Positions 1-12,371 of a DNA stretch of 32,442 nt are shown here, piece after piece. Position 1 is the first letter of the stretch; the number at the start of each line of letters is the position of its first letter. This stretch comes from Thraustochytrium aureum (Eukaryota). The DNA lies in the NCBI GenBank assembly GCA_012862495.1, contig BLSG01000402.1, positions 475,269 to 507,710 on the forward strand, in the 5' to 3' direction. The notes beneath the pieces were generated by a model, which was not told the origin of the DNA, did no database searches, and saw only the letters and a program-made list of their open reading frames with translations. The translations under genes were made by a program, and so were the position numbers.

Positions 1-172
1 GAGGTCGCGTGGGGAGCGAGCGAGCGAGGGGCTCGGTGCGGACGTGGTGGGCAAGGTGCAGGGGCGGGCTGGTCGTTGATGGCCGGCGCGGTCGTGGTTG
101 GGAAGGGGGAGTGCGAGGTTTCTTGCAATGGGAAGGGCGCGGGCGTCGGGTGCGTGGCGGTGTGAGCGTCAG

Positions 173-2204
173 TCAGGGCGGCGCGACGCTGGTGGCGACG
201 TTGAGGACTTTGACCGGGTCCAGCGGCTTGTCGGCTTCGTCGACCTTGGCGCGCTCGATGGCTTGCACGACGTCGGCGCCGCGCACGACGCGACCGAAGA
301 CGGTGTGCTTGCCGTCCAGCCACGGCGTGGGCACGGTGGTGATGAAGAACTGCGAGCCGTTGGTGCCCGGCCCGGCATTCGCCATCGAGAGCGTGAACGG
401 GCGGTCGTGCTTGAGCACGCGCGTGTTGATCTCGTCCTCGAAATAGCCACCCCAAGCAGACTCGCCCCCAGTCCCATCCCCGAGTGGACAGCCGCCCTGG
501 ATCATGAAACCCTTGATAACACGGTGGAAAGCGAGGCCGTCGTAGAACCCGCGGCCCGCGAGGAGGCCAAAGTTTTCCACCGTCCTGGGCGCTTCGTCTG
601 CAAAGAGTTGCACAACGACGTCGCCCTGGGTGGTGTGAATTGTGGCTTGGCGCGGAAGAATCTTGGGTACGATGGCTGAAGATCCTGGCCCGCGGGGGTC
701 GCCCTTGGCGCCGGTCGCAGGCCGCTCGTTGAAGACGTCGCGCCCCTCGGCTTGCTCGCTGAGGTCCGGCTCCTTTGTGGAGAATATGTAGAACCGGTCC
801 TTGTTGAAGGCCGCACAGACCAGGAGCGGCTGGAGACCCGAGGCCGACGCCCGGACCCCCTTGGTGGCAGTCGTGTCGGCCCCCTGCAAGGCACGCTGCA
901 TCTGGTAGTCGGCCTCGGGTGTCCCCTGGTACAGCGCCGCGGCCGTGAAGCGCTCTGTAGACTCGAGCTTGCCGAGCAGGCGGACTGTCCTGTTCGTGAC
1001 CACGTTGACCACCTTGATGCCCGCGAGCGTGGGGAGAAGCAGGAAGCGCCCACTGTCGTCGAACGCGGCCACCGCCGGGCGGACGAGCCCCGCGCGGACC
1101 TTGTCCAGGTACACCCGTTCGATGGCGACGCGGCGGCCGAGGTCGACGCTGTCGATCCCCGGCGCTACCGAAAGCCCCTGCGCGGCCATGGCCTCGATGC
1201 GCTCGAGCGACTCGTCGTAGGTGCGGCGCAGCTTGCCCGTTGCGAAACGAAACACGTACACCAGCCCGTTGTCGCACGTGAAGACGACCCCGCTGCCGTC
1301 GCTCGACACGTCAAGGCCCCAGGGCCACGTCTTTGCCTTGCAGAGCTCGAACAGGTCGGTTTCGGTCTTGAAAGCGAAAGTGACGCCCGCCGCGCCGCCA
1401 GGCGCAGGCGCCACAAACGCTTCTGCGTCCGCCTCGTTTGTCCAGTACTCGATAAACCCGGCACGGTCTGCGCTTACGAGGCAGTGCGCGCGAGCGTTGT
1501 ACGCCATGGCGGTGACGGGGTGCCGGTGCAAGTGGACGGAGGCGACGGGGGCTGCGGGGACGTCGCCGCCGCCGCCGCCCGACTCGGGGTCGACGATATG
1601 AACGGCCCCGCTGTCGCGATCTGCCAGGGCAACCAGCTGCTTTGATGCCCCGCGCTTGGCGCGCAGCCAGGCCGCCTGCTGCGGCACGAAATCGAGCCGC
1701 GTCATGCTGATCATGTCAAACCCGTTGACGTCGAATATTTTGAGCTGCTTGTCCGCTGAGGAGCTGCAAAGCCGCAGCTCGTCGCAGCTCTTGGCGAGGG
1801 CGGAAAGCGGCTCGAGGTGCGCTTGGAATTTCTTGACGAACTGGATGTCGCCCGCGGCCATGATTTTCCAAAACCTCACCTCGCCGTCCACGCTCGCGGT
1901 GACGAGGAAGTGGCACGCCGTGGAGGCCAGCACATGCGAGATCGGGCTGCGGTGCATGTAGCTCTTCTCGTACAGCTCTGCGCTCGGCAGACGCGCCAGG
2001 AGCACTTGCTCCAGCTCGTTGTCGGCGGCCTTGCGCTGCCGCTTGCGCGACTCGCGCCTCTCGCGCTTGCTGACCTCCACGGCGTCTGTCGCGGGGCCCG
2101 CGGCTGGCGCCGTCAGGGGACGAGGCCCCATCCTCGTCGTCCTCGCTGGAGCTGCTGTGCCCGTCTGCTTCCGGCTCGGGCCGCGACCGCTTGCCAGGAT
2201 CCAT
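173..2204 (-). CDS. PPWD1: Peptidyl-prolyl isomerase domain and WD repeat-containing protein 1 (spliceosomal cyclophilin); probable 1-nt frameshift near the 5' end
   Basis: ORF 173..2254 has the PPWD1 signature [16 protein letters not shown]40 repeats, GRDVFNERP and a C-terminal cyclophilin domain ([42 protein letters not shown]). The likely start is ATG 2204 ([26 protein letters not shown]), which joins the main frame if one base of CCCC 2126-2129 is removed. The in-frame alternative ATG is at 2131. Confidence 0.95.
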
Positions 2205-2374
2205 CTGCAGCGCGGTCGCCCGCCACCCGCGCCCGGCCGCCCGGCCGCTCGCAACGCTCGCGAGGAGCGCCGTGCGAGCTCACCGCCCTGCGTCTGCTGC
2301 GCGTCTGCTGCGCGTCGGAAGCAGGCAGCAGGTCTGCGCGGCGAGGTTGCGCGAGCTCAAAGCGCGGAGAATGA

Positions 2375-4201
2375 TCATGAGTTGGTGGTTTTTACGAGGT
2401 GAAGGCGCGAGGCGGTCTGGTCGCTGGTAATGATACATCGCTGCGGCGTGAAGCAAATGGTGTCCCCGCTGTTGGCCCCGAACGCGCAGCGAGAAAGCCG
2501 CGTGCTGATCCGCGCCAGCACGCTTCCATTGGCGTTGACCTTTTGCACGGAGCAGATGAAGGGTTCGGGCGGCTGGTCGCCGAGCAGTGAGGACTGAGCT
2601 GGCATGACTCTGACGATGGCGTTCGGGAGAAGCGTGCTGGATATCTGCTTGGCGTAGGCCACTGCGGCCTCGCCCAGCGTCGCCACGTCCATGAGCACCG
2701 CGTCGCCGTTCTCAATGTGAACAGTCGTGTGTTTCGACCCCAGGCGGCGAGCTGCCTCCTCGAGCACGCGCAGGTTTGTCCCTTTGGCCAGCATGTACGG
2801 CGAGAGGCCCAGTACGTTCCGGCGGTGTGGGTCGAAGCCGAATTCGTTGGCCGGGTCGAGAAGAAAGGCGACAACCTCACTGTTGTTTGGGACGGCCGAC
2901 GCAAAGTGCAAAAGGTCCGAGTCGTCCTCCTTGGCGCGGAGCTGCGGGTCTGCGCCGTATTCGAGGAACAGCTTGACGAACTCGACGTCGGTCGACTCGA
3001 CGCAGTGCATGAGCGGGGTCTCCAGGAGCTCCCTCGGCGACCCACCGCGGGCGGGCCGGAAGAGCCCTAGGTCTGGGTCAGCGCCGGCCTCGAGCAGGAC
3101 TCGAGCGGTCTCCACATAGTTGTTGAGAGAGTGCAGGACAAGCGCGAACAAGGTCGACCTGTGCTTGTCGAGGGTGCCTGGCATGGGACACGTATAGGTT
3201 GGGTTGACACCGCACTCGTTCACGAGAAAGCCGACCGCCTTGGCCGAGCCGTCGCAAACCGCATAGTCGAGCGGGCACTTGTGCGTCTCGCGGTCTTCTT
3301 CTTCCGGGTCGCACCCGAACTCGAGAACCAGGGCGCGCGCAACCTCGAGGTGATCAAAGCGCACCGCGCACTCGAGCGGCGTCATGTACCTGGCATCCTC
3401 GCTCCGCTCTACATTGGGGTCCACCCCGAGCGTGCCTACGACAAACCGCACGCTGCGCACAAGGCCCAGCGTGGACAAGGCGTGCAACACCGAGGCGCGC
3501 TGGAAGTTGACGCCAACGAACAGCGCGGCGTGGATCATGAGCTTTTGGCGCGGCTCGATGTTTGAGAAGGAGTTTCGTAGCTGGCTCACGATTCGCTTCG
3601 TGGTCCGCTCGTCACAGTTGTGCGCGCGCTCCAGCAGATCGAGGATCTTGGCGTCCAAGGCGACGCGGCCAGCCTGGTCGAGATTTGCGTCGCCCCATTT
3701 CGGCAGGAACAGCTCGTCCTCGAGGCTCATCAGGTGCGAAACCGCCTCGACGACGTCGTCGTCCTCTGCGCGCGTGTCTATAGTGGGTGTTGCGGCCGCC
3801 TCGGCCGCAGCCTCGCGCGCCAACTCGCACACGTGGCTCGGGCGTTTGCGCCGCGAGCCCCGCTTCCCGCTCGACTCCGGCCGTTTCCCGGCGCGCACGA
3901 GCGCGTGCCTTTCGCCGTGCGCTGCGTGCGCGACCTCCCGGCGAGCTCGGCGCGCTGCCTCTGCTGGCCGCCGCAGCGAGCTTGGCTCTTTCGTTTGTGC
4001 CGGTCCCGTGTTGCGACGGGGCCTTGCCGGACTTTCTCGCCTCGCCCGGGCGCTGTCCCGCGGCGGGGTTCTCGCGGCCCCCGTTGCCCCCCGCGCCAGT
4101 GCCGCATCCACTTCATCGTCCAGCTCGTCCATGGGCGGTCCGCCCCGCGCCACGGCGAGGGGGTTGCCGGACGCACTTTCGACGGCCATCACGCACCCCA
4201 T
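2375..4201 (-). CDS. Ankyrin-repeat protein with low-complexity N-terminus and a small C-terminal beta domain
   Basis: Single ORF with about 6 ankyrin repeats (TPLECAVRFDHLEVARALV, CPLDYAVCDGSAKAVGFLV, ARVLLEAGADPD, TPLMHCVESTDVEFVKLFLEYGADP, LLHFASA, RNVLGLSPYMLA). First ATG at 4201; a later ATG is possible. Confidence 0.85.
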   Translation of the reverse strand: MGCVMAVESASGNPLAVARGGPPMDELDDEVDAALARGATGAARTPPRDSARARRESPARPRRNTGPAQTKEPSSLRRPAEAARRARREVAHAAHGERHALVRAGKRPESSGKRGSRRKRPSHVCELAREAAAEAAATPTIDTRAEDDDVVEAVSHLMSLEDELFLPKWGDANLDQAGRVALDAKILDLLERAHNCDERTTKRIVSQLRNSFSNIEPRQKLMIHAALFVGVNFQRASVLHALSTLGLVRSVRFVVGTLGVDPNVERSEDARYMTPLECAVRFDHLEVARALVLEFGCDPEEEDRETHKCPLDYAVCDGSAKAVGFLVNECGVNPTYTCPMPGTLDKHRSTLFALVLHSLNNYVETARVLLEAGADPDLGLFRPARGGSPRELLETPLMHCVESTDVEFVKLFLEYGADPQLRAKEDDSDLLHFASAVPNNSEVVAFLLDPANEFGFDPHRRNVLGLSPYMLAKGTNLRVLEEAARRLGSKHTTVHIENGDAVLMDVATLGEAAVAYAKQISSTLLPNAIVRVMPAQSSLLGDQPPEPFICSVQKVNANGSVLARISTRLSRCAFGANSGDTICFTPQRCIITSDQTASRLHLVKTTNS

Positions 4202-4949
4202 TTCGCGCGCCCAAACGAGGCCGCCGACTCGAACCGGGACCGACCCGCAAGCCGCCAAGCCGGGCGGCGCGCTGCCTGGCCGGATGGCTCGCTGGCTGCC
4301 TGTCTCGCTCGCTGGCTGCCTGGCGCAGATGGCCAGGTGGGCGAGTCGGGTATCGAGGACTGGGCGATCTCGATTGGCATCCCACCCTGCCAGTACGGCG
4401 CCACCTCGCGACCAACACGAACGTTCGCCTTCGCTCAAGAGCGCGCGGGCGATGGGAGGCAGCTGCGGAGCGAAGCGCGCAAGACAGCCATCGATCTCTG
4501 CTGCGTGGAGGCGCGCTCGCAGCGAGCAGAACAGTCAAGAACAGCGACAGTGGCTCCCACGCTTTCATTCAAGTTTCATTCCAATTTTTTAGAATTCAGG
4601 AGAACGAGGTGTGTGGGCTCTCTGAGCCTCTCTCGCAAGAGAAGAAGATCGATTTGCTCGCCGAGAACGTACCTAACTCTCTAAAGAACAATTGGAATGG
4701 TTCTTCGCGTGGGAACGCTCGTTGATCGGCGGGAACGCTTCGCTTGGGAACGCGTTCTTGTTGTTCTTCGTTTCCTTGGAGCTCGTCGTGTTCGGTGGTT
4801 GCACTGCAACTCGAGTGTGCGGCGGTGGCTGCAGAGCCGATTCGAGGACGAGCAGCAGGCGGTCGCGGGACGCGGCGCAAGGTGGGTCTCTGCGCGGCTG
4901 GCTGGCGTACTGGCGGCAGCACGCCCCGCGGCTGGCTGGCGCGCTCGCG

Positions 4950-7900
4950 ATGGAAGACGTTGACTTGAGCGACGAGGCTTCCGGCGACGAGATGCACGGC
5001 CAGAGGTCGCTCGGCGCCGGACAAGATGATGAGCGTGAAACGGGGCACAATCCTGACGCCAGAATGAGCGCTGGATCTAGTTCGGAGCTGCGAGATGGTG
5101 CGGGCGACGAGATTGAGCTCCACGCCCAAGGGGCAGGCGCAGTTTCGCATCCTGTGGATGCGCAGGAGGAAGAAGTTGGTACATGTCTGGCCACCGATTC
5201 GCCGCTCGAAGTAGATGTCAGTCCATCCACGGCGCAGGATGATCAATTTGAAGGGGGCGACGATGGCGACGCNNNNNNNNNNNNNNNNNNNNNNNNNNNN
5301 NNNNNNNNNNNNNNNNNNNNNNNNNNNNNNNNNNNNNNNNNNNNNNNNNNNNNNNNNNNNNNNNNNNNNNNNNNNNNNNNNNNNNNNNNNNNNNNNNNNN
5401 NNNNNNNNNNNNNNNNNNNNNNNNNNNNNNNNNNNNNNNNNNNNNNNNNNNNNNNNNNNNNNNNNNNNNNNNNNNNNNNNNNNNNNNNNNNNNNNNNNNN
5501 NNNNNNNNNNNNNNNNNNNNNNNNNNNNNNNNNNNNNNNNNNNNNNNNNNNNNNNNNNNNNNNNNNNNNNNNNNNNNNNNNNNNNNNNNNNNNNNNNNNN
5601 NNNNNNNNNNNNNNNNNNNNNNNNNNNNNNNNNNNNNNNNNNNTGAATTCGAAGTGGACTTCGGTGCGAGCAAGTCACAAGGCGAAAGCGCGGACGAACA
5701 GCCGCCATCAAGCACATTGCAAGACTTCCCTGACGATGCCGCGCAAGATGACCACGTTCAAGAAGAGGGCGATGATGCACGAAGCGCCAGTGAATTCGAA
5801 GTGGACTTCGGTGCGAGCAAGTCACAAGGCGAAACCGCGGACGAACAGCCGCCATCAAGCACATTGCAAGACTTCCCTGACGATGGCGACGCTGCACGCA
5901 GCGCCAGCGAGGACTTTGAAGCCTGCAAGCCACAAGAGGAAGGCGCGGACGAGCAGCCGCCATCAAGCACCCTGCATGACTTCCCTGACGATGCCGACAT
6001 GGGCACCGTAGCAGAGAACAACGAGCGCGACAGCGCCACGATCGATGCGCCAGCCGACGAGCCTGCGAGTACAGGCTCTGAAGTCGGCATCGCTCCCGAG
6101 TCCCTAGCCGCGGGCCTCGCTGGGGCTGCCGACACTCGCGGCTTCATCGACAGCGAAAATGCTCTCGAGAACTCTGACCACGCTGGCGCCACAACCGGGA
6201 AGACAGCGGAAGGAGCCGCGACTGTTGAAGCGCCCGAGCCAAGCAACGGCGTTTGCCCCAATGAAGCTGAGAGTGAGCGAGCTGCACGGACCCGCAGCGA
6301 GTGCGAAAATGAGGCTGAAATAGAATTGGCACATGAGAATGCCTTTGCACCGGATAGCGCACCAGAGCACTCGGGTGTACGGTGCGAAGAAGCGAGCGCA
6401 GCGCAAGCCGCAGACGTCGAGCTCGACGTTGACATATCGGTGGAGGAAGACCTCGAAACTCAGCCTGGGCAAGAGAGCAGCCCTCCCCGCGGCGAAACAG
6501 AAGAGGACGAGGTCCCAGACTACGTCCGGATCGCAGCGCGGCTGAAAGAGCAGATCCTCGCAGAGGCCTCAGAACGTGCAACGGACCAAGGCGGTCCAAG
6601 TTCGCCGCGCCCGCCGCTTCATTCACCAGCGTCGCAAGCCTCTCTCCGCTCCTTTGACTCGCATGCAAGCAACGAAATGACAACAAACAGCGACGTTGTC
6701 GTCGTGCACAATAGCAGTCTGAGCGACGCGCTCAACCAGGTCCAGCTGTTGCTGTCCGTTCGCGTCGGCTCCATGTTGGACTTTGAATGGTTCCAGTCAG
6801 CAGCCAAACTGCGAGCGCTGCTGTCTGCGGGATTCCCGGCAACGCGGGTTTATCGCGTAGAAGCGATGAGTGTGGAGGACATCCAAGCGGGCATCTCGCG
6901 CGCCATCATGTTTGTAACATCGCAGACACGGGGCCAGCCGGCGATGGCCGGGCCCATTTGCCGAATCGTCAGGCGCGTCCGCAACCACGCGCTCGCCCTT
7001 GAAGCCGAGCGCAGCCAGACCCCGGCGAAGCGCCAGAAAGGGGCGATCGCAACTTTCTCCACCGAGAACGGCGCCCGCGTTGACGAGTACCTGTTCCAGG
7101 TCCTTGGCCACTTGCTGGCGGAGTCGAGCGTCAACCTGGAGGCCGGGTCTATCGAGGAGGCCAAGGACGTCAAGTCCTGGGTGGATATCGCCTTCTGGCA
7201 CTTTGTAGCACACCACAAGCAGAGCGACACGGGGGCCCTTGAGGCCACGGTACGCCTCATCGGGTTTCTCTCCTCCTTCGCGCTGGAGCAAACGCTGGCC
7301 AATTTCCAGGCGCCGATGAGCAAGGTCTACTTTCAGGCAAGCGCTTTGGAGTTCGTTCCCTACATGCGCGCCTTGGCGTCCAACGTCGCCTTCAGCTTGC
7401 GAGACCCAAACACGACGATGGCCTGCAAAGCGTTTTTAGCGGCCCTGGCCAAGCTGCTCAAGACCACCGCATGCGCCGACCTGATCGAAGAGTCGTTTCG
7501 CTGCATCATCCAAGCCACAAACCGGTTCCGCGAGGAAAGAGCCGCGGCCTTGGCGGCGAATCGACTGTTGTCTGCCTCCGTCGCCCAGGCGGCGCAGTCG
7601 CCGACGGGGAGCCTCGAAGCGGAGACAGACCTCGGCGACGAGATGGAGCAGCTCTTCACCATCGCCGCAGGCTACTGTGCCAAGAAAAAGTACATCGGCA
7701 CGTCGCTCGCGGTCATGGAGGCCATTGTGGCCTGGGAGGCTGTTGCCAACGCCTTCTTCGCAACGCTGGGCAGCCAGTACGACCGACTGTGCACCGAGGT
7801 GATCAAGCGGATCAAGGACTCCCAAACGCGCATTTCTGGCCTCGACCACCTGCAAAAATACCTCGGGGCACTTCCGTTCGGCACGCTGCCGTCCGCTGCG

Positions 7901-10900
7901 TCGCGCACTGGTGGCACCGCGACGAGCAGCCCGGGTTCAGGCACGACCTCCCCGAGCGCGAAGCAGGAGCATGGTGCCGCACAGCACGCGGCTCGGCTCG
8001 CCGAGCTCCCCGACTTGCTGTTCCCAAAGGGCGCGATCCCGCGCGCGCAGGAGGGGGCACTTATCAGTGCCGTGCTGGTCGAGCTCGGGCGGCGTGGCCT
8101 CAACGCGCTGTTTGAGCAGTGCATGGGGCTTGGCCTCGAAGCGGAAAGGGCAACGAGTGCGCAGCGCTCGGTGTGTCTGAATGCGCTGGCGACGTTCGGG
8201 GCAGAGCTCAAGGCGCGTGCCCCAGAGCGGGCAGCGGGCTTTGCGGCGCGGTTTTCTCCGCTTGCCGAGCGCTTCGCAGGCCGCGACGTGCCGCCCGTGG
8301 TCGTCGCCCAAGCCCTGGCGTGCTATCCTGTGCTTGCAGAGCACAGCAAGGCAATGCTGCAGCAGTGCGTCGACTGCGCGTTCGGGTTTGACCCCGCACT
8401 CGTTGACACGGGCCGAGACGCGCTCATCCGGTTCTGCCAGCTCGGGGCAATCTTTGCGGAAAAGGCGATCATGGTGGTCGTAGAGTCCCCCAACTTGCGC
8501 CTCATTAGTACGTTCCAGAGTCCAGTTCCTGGGCGCTCCCAGGACACGCTGCAGATTCTGAGCAGCGTTCGCACCCTCGACCTCGTGCTCTGCGCAGCGC
8601 TTGAAAAGGGCTTTCGGTCAGTCGACCTCACGGCAGAGGCTGGCTCGACGCTGCTGCTCGCCACGACGTATCCGAACCGCAAGGTGCAGCAGGTAGCGCG
8701 CAAGGCGCTGGAGCAGATCCAGATCGAGGGCGACGCAGAGGCGTCTGGCCACGACGCGTCGCCGCTCATGCAGCGCGCGATCGACAAGCTCATTCTCGGC
8801 CTTTTGGGCCAAGGCGGGACGGCAGACTCGTGCGGCGGCCGTCGCGCCCTCGCGCTTCGAGCCGATCGCCCTCCGCGCTCCGGGTTTGAGGACCCGCTAG
8901 TGTGGTGGCAAGCGCAGTGCGCCATGGTATGCTCGAGCAAGCTCCCGCACAGCAACAAAGCGGCATTCGTCAAGGCGCTTGTGAGCGAGTGCCTGCAGGC
9001 CGACAACCCGGCATTGAGGCAGAGCGCCCTTGCAGCCATCGCAAGCTTGGGCGACCACCTCGAGGTGGCCGAAAAGCAGCTAGCGCTGCAAGCGATCCAG
9101 GCGACCAGTGAGATGGTCAACGGGTCACTCATCCGTGTCGTCGCGGCGTTCAGTTCGCGGTATAAAGGCTCTGCCCTGGAGCCGAGGGTCCAGACCCTCA
9201 TTCACACCTGGTTGAAGACGTGGGACGAGGGCGGGACGCGCAAGGCGATGCGGGCCTGGGCGCCCGAAGAGCTCGAAGCTGCCGGCGCTTTGCTCGAGGC
9301 CTATGTGAGCAACGCGGAGCTCGATGGCTTTGACGACCCGGACGCGTGGCGGGACCAAGCTGTCTTCCTTGTCCGCGAGTGGTGCAGCGGGCGCGAGGCC
9401 GACCTCGGGACTTCGCGCGTGGCAAGCGCTTTCATGGCGATCCTCGGCTCCGGCCACCTCAAGAGCGTCGAGGCGCAGACGTTTTCGTTCAAGATCCTCT
9501 CCGCGTTTTCGGGGTTTCGAGCATACCAGGCGCAGGGCCTGCGCGCCTTGCTGGCGCAAAATCTGAACGAGATGCTTGGCCTGTACTGCGAGACTGTGCT
9601 GCGCTCGTTCGATCCGGCGCGCTGGGCGGCGCATGACGGTCTGAAATCCTCTTCAGGGCAAAAGCGGCCCGCCGAGGCGAAACAGACTCGCGTACACCAT
9701 GTGGTGATGGCGCTGCTGGAGACGCTCGACCACCGCCTCGAGTCGGTCTCCAAAGAGGCGTTTCCTCGCCTTTACCTGCTTGCTACGCTGCTGTTCGTGC
9801 ACGGGTCGCCAGAGATCCGCGCCTACGTCAACGGCTGGGCGTCCAAAAGTCGGATGCTAGGCCTCCCAGATCCCTCGTTTGGGCAGTGCTTTCTCTCGCA
9901 AAAGCTGGGCGGGATAACCAAGGCGACCTACTTGTCAGAGTTTTTGGCTCGCTCGGCGCCAGAACGGCTCGGCGCGCTCCTGGGGCCGGATGCCTCGTTG
10001 ACTCTGGACGCGATTGTGGCGTCGGCAGTGCCGCTCTGCGCGACGTACCTGACCGACCAGCACGTGGCACTAGTTGCGCTCATCCTGGAGCCCTGGCTGC
10101 GCGCCCGGTTTCCTCGCGAGTGCGTGGACGCGAATGGCGTGGTCCTCCGCCTGGTCGAGCTCTTCACGCGGGTCCAGCCGGTGGACGTCGTTTCTTGGCG
10201 CGTCTGGAGAAGCCCGTGCCTCTTCATGGACGAAGGCGCGTTGCGCTGTGCCGTTTCGGCGTTCGTGGACTTTGTGCTCGCGGCAGACTCTGTGGCGAGC
10301 ACGCGGGCCCCGCACACGGCGATCAAGCAGATCGCGATTGCCGCGGTCGAGCACGAGTCGGTCGACGTGCTCGCTGCGCTCGTCGCCGCGTTTCCCATCA
10401 TCGAGTGGCGCGAGGCGGGCAAGTGCGCCGGCGGCACCGCGGTGGCGACGGCGACGGCGACGGCGACGGCTCGGGAGCAAGGTATCGAGTCAAAGGCGCC
10501 CGAGTCGCGGGCGAACAGCGATGGCTTGGCTGAGGCCCAGTCGGACTCGGGGCAATTGCCGGCGGCGCAGCAGAACGACGACACGCCCAGCAAGAGCGGT
10601 GCGACAGGGCGTAAGCGCGCCCGGGCTGTTCTGTCGCTCCTCAGCAACGCGCCGTTTCTCCTGAAGAAGTTCAGGTCTGGCGACCTCGCGACCGCGCTGT
10701 ACTTTTGTCTCATCGAGGAGGGGGTCGAGGCGGCCCTGAGCCAGCGCGCTCTGGAAGCCATCACCGAGGAGGTCTGCGCGACGGGCGGGTCCAGCGCCCG
10801 CGATGGCTTCGCAAATGGCGGGCCGAATGACCTGTATGGCAAGATCGGCATGGTATGCCCTGAGGCGATCTGCGCTCTTGCTGAGATGGCTTGCCAGTGC

Positions 10901-12139
10901 GTCATGTATAGCAAGTCGTCGGCGAAGCGGTCTCGCGCTTTTCTCGTGCTGCAGGCTGTGGGCCTCGGCGTTCTGCCGGTTGCGACGATGGTCGATATTT
11001 CCCGGCGCGTCACGATACGGGTTGCGCAAGAGTGCCACGCGCTCAGTAGGCCAGTCGGGGGGCCCGAGCTGCACCCCAAGCACCTGGATCGACTGGAGCA
11101 CCTGATGATTTTGAACGAGCTTGTCGCCACGGTGAGCGTCGGCACAGGCAGCGCTTCAAGCGCGCTGAGCGCCCGAGTTGCAGGTACTGTTCTTTCTGTG
11201 CCAGTCGCCGCCCGGACGAACGAGCTGGGCAAGAGTCGCGCGCCGGCGCTTCGAGTCCTTGCGGCCGATCCGAGTGCGACAGCTGCTCTGGAGTCGCGCA
11301 GCCAACTCTTGCGCGACGTTGTGCTGGCGCTAGCCCACGAAGCCGTTGCTCAGGAGGCCGCCCGCGTTCTCGCAGATCTGCGTCTGGCAAGTGGCGATGC
11401 TGAGGATGAGCTCGATGGGGGTTGTCTGCAGCCCGCTGCCGCGGTCCTGGTCACGGCAGCCCTGTGCGCATTCCAGTCGGGCGATTCGCAAGGGGGGGCG
11501 GACGAGGAAGGCCGCGGCCTCGGCGTGCACGCAGAGAGGCGGCTCGCGCTGTGCGACCGCCTCGCTTCCAGCGCCTTGGCCGTTGCGCAGGGCTTGGAGG
11601 CCGAAGAGAAGACACGAGCCGTCGCAACTGCTTTGCGCGAGCACTGCGACATGGTGCGCGAGCGGGGCCCGACCGCGGTGGGCGACGATGAGCTCGCAGC
11701 TTCTTTTGTGGTGAGTCTGCTTCGAATTGAGCCGCAGCTCAAGGGCCGCGAGATCGAGTCCCTGCTGAATTTCCTCATCCATGTGGTCGAAGTCGGCGAG
11801 GGCGCAATCGGCGTTGCCGCAGTTAAAGTCATCGGCGAGGCGCTCAAGCACCGCGAGGTTCTTGCCGCGTGCTTTGCCAGCGGCACAACCTCGCAACCGC
11901 CCAAGACGCTGCTGGGCAAGGTCTCCGACGCCTTGTCGGTGGCGTTCGAGGCTTGGCCTGGTCGGTCGGCTGAGGTGCTCAGTGTGATGGGCGCTCTGCC
12001 GGCGCACGGGCAAAGTCTGTTTGACTTTTTGACTAGCACAGCTGAGTCGCGTTTGGTGTGCGGGCGCGACTTGCGCCGGGGGCTAGCTGCTTGCTCGGAG
12101 GCCCTGTCTGCTCTTGTCGAGGCGGACGCGAGCGATTGA
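4950..12139 (+). CDS. Furry / Mor2 / Tao3(Pag1)-like large ARM/HEAT scaffold protein with an acidic repetitive N-terminal extension (spans an assembly gap)
   Basis: ATG 4950 (MEDVDLSDEASGDE), N-gap 5273-5643, then a 2161-codon ORF. Segments WVDIAFWHF, VRLIGFLS, EQLFTIAAGYCAKKKY, KRIKDSQTRISGLDHL and RLAELPDLLFPKG match, in order, the MOR2-PAG1_N motifs of Furry as I recall them. The frame across the gap cannot be verified. Confidence 0.7.
5273..5643. other. Assembly gap (N run) at a coding tandem repeat
   Basis: N run; the right flank is the 147-nt repeat and the left flank resembles it, which suggests repeat collapse. Confidence 0.99.
5644..5998 (+). repeat. Coding tandem repeat, 147 nt / 49 aa period (..EFEVDFGASKSQGE[ST]ADEQPPSSTLQDFPDD..)
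   Basis: TGAATTCGAAGTGGACTTCGGTGCGAGC starts at 5644 and 5791; a third partial ADEQPPSSTLHDFPDD copy lies at about 5944-5995. Confidence 0.95.
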
Positions 12140-12371
12140 CGCGGCCCGCGCGAGAGTACGCTGCGCAGGTACATATGTGTTGTAGAGCCTACTAGAGCTA
12201 GAGCAAACAAGTTGATTGTGTAGTTTTTCTGATCTGCTCTGTTCTGCCCTGGCAGGATTGCGTTGGTTCGAGCTCGCTGCTCTCCTATTGGTCATCATCT
12301 TCACCGCGCTCGGCAGGCAGAGCCCCGCGCCCAGTCCAGGGCCAGCGAGCCCCCCCCGGAATTGGATTTGG

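Noticed and set aside
98..12210. Numerous long antisense and alternate-frame ORFs over the real genes
   Set aside because: Shadow ORFs typical of high-GC3 coding DNA; no independent motifs.
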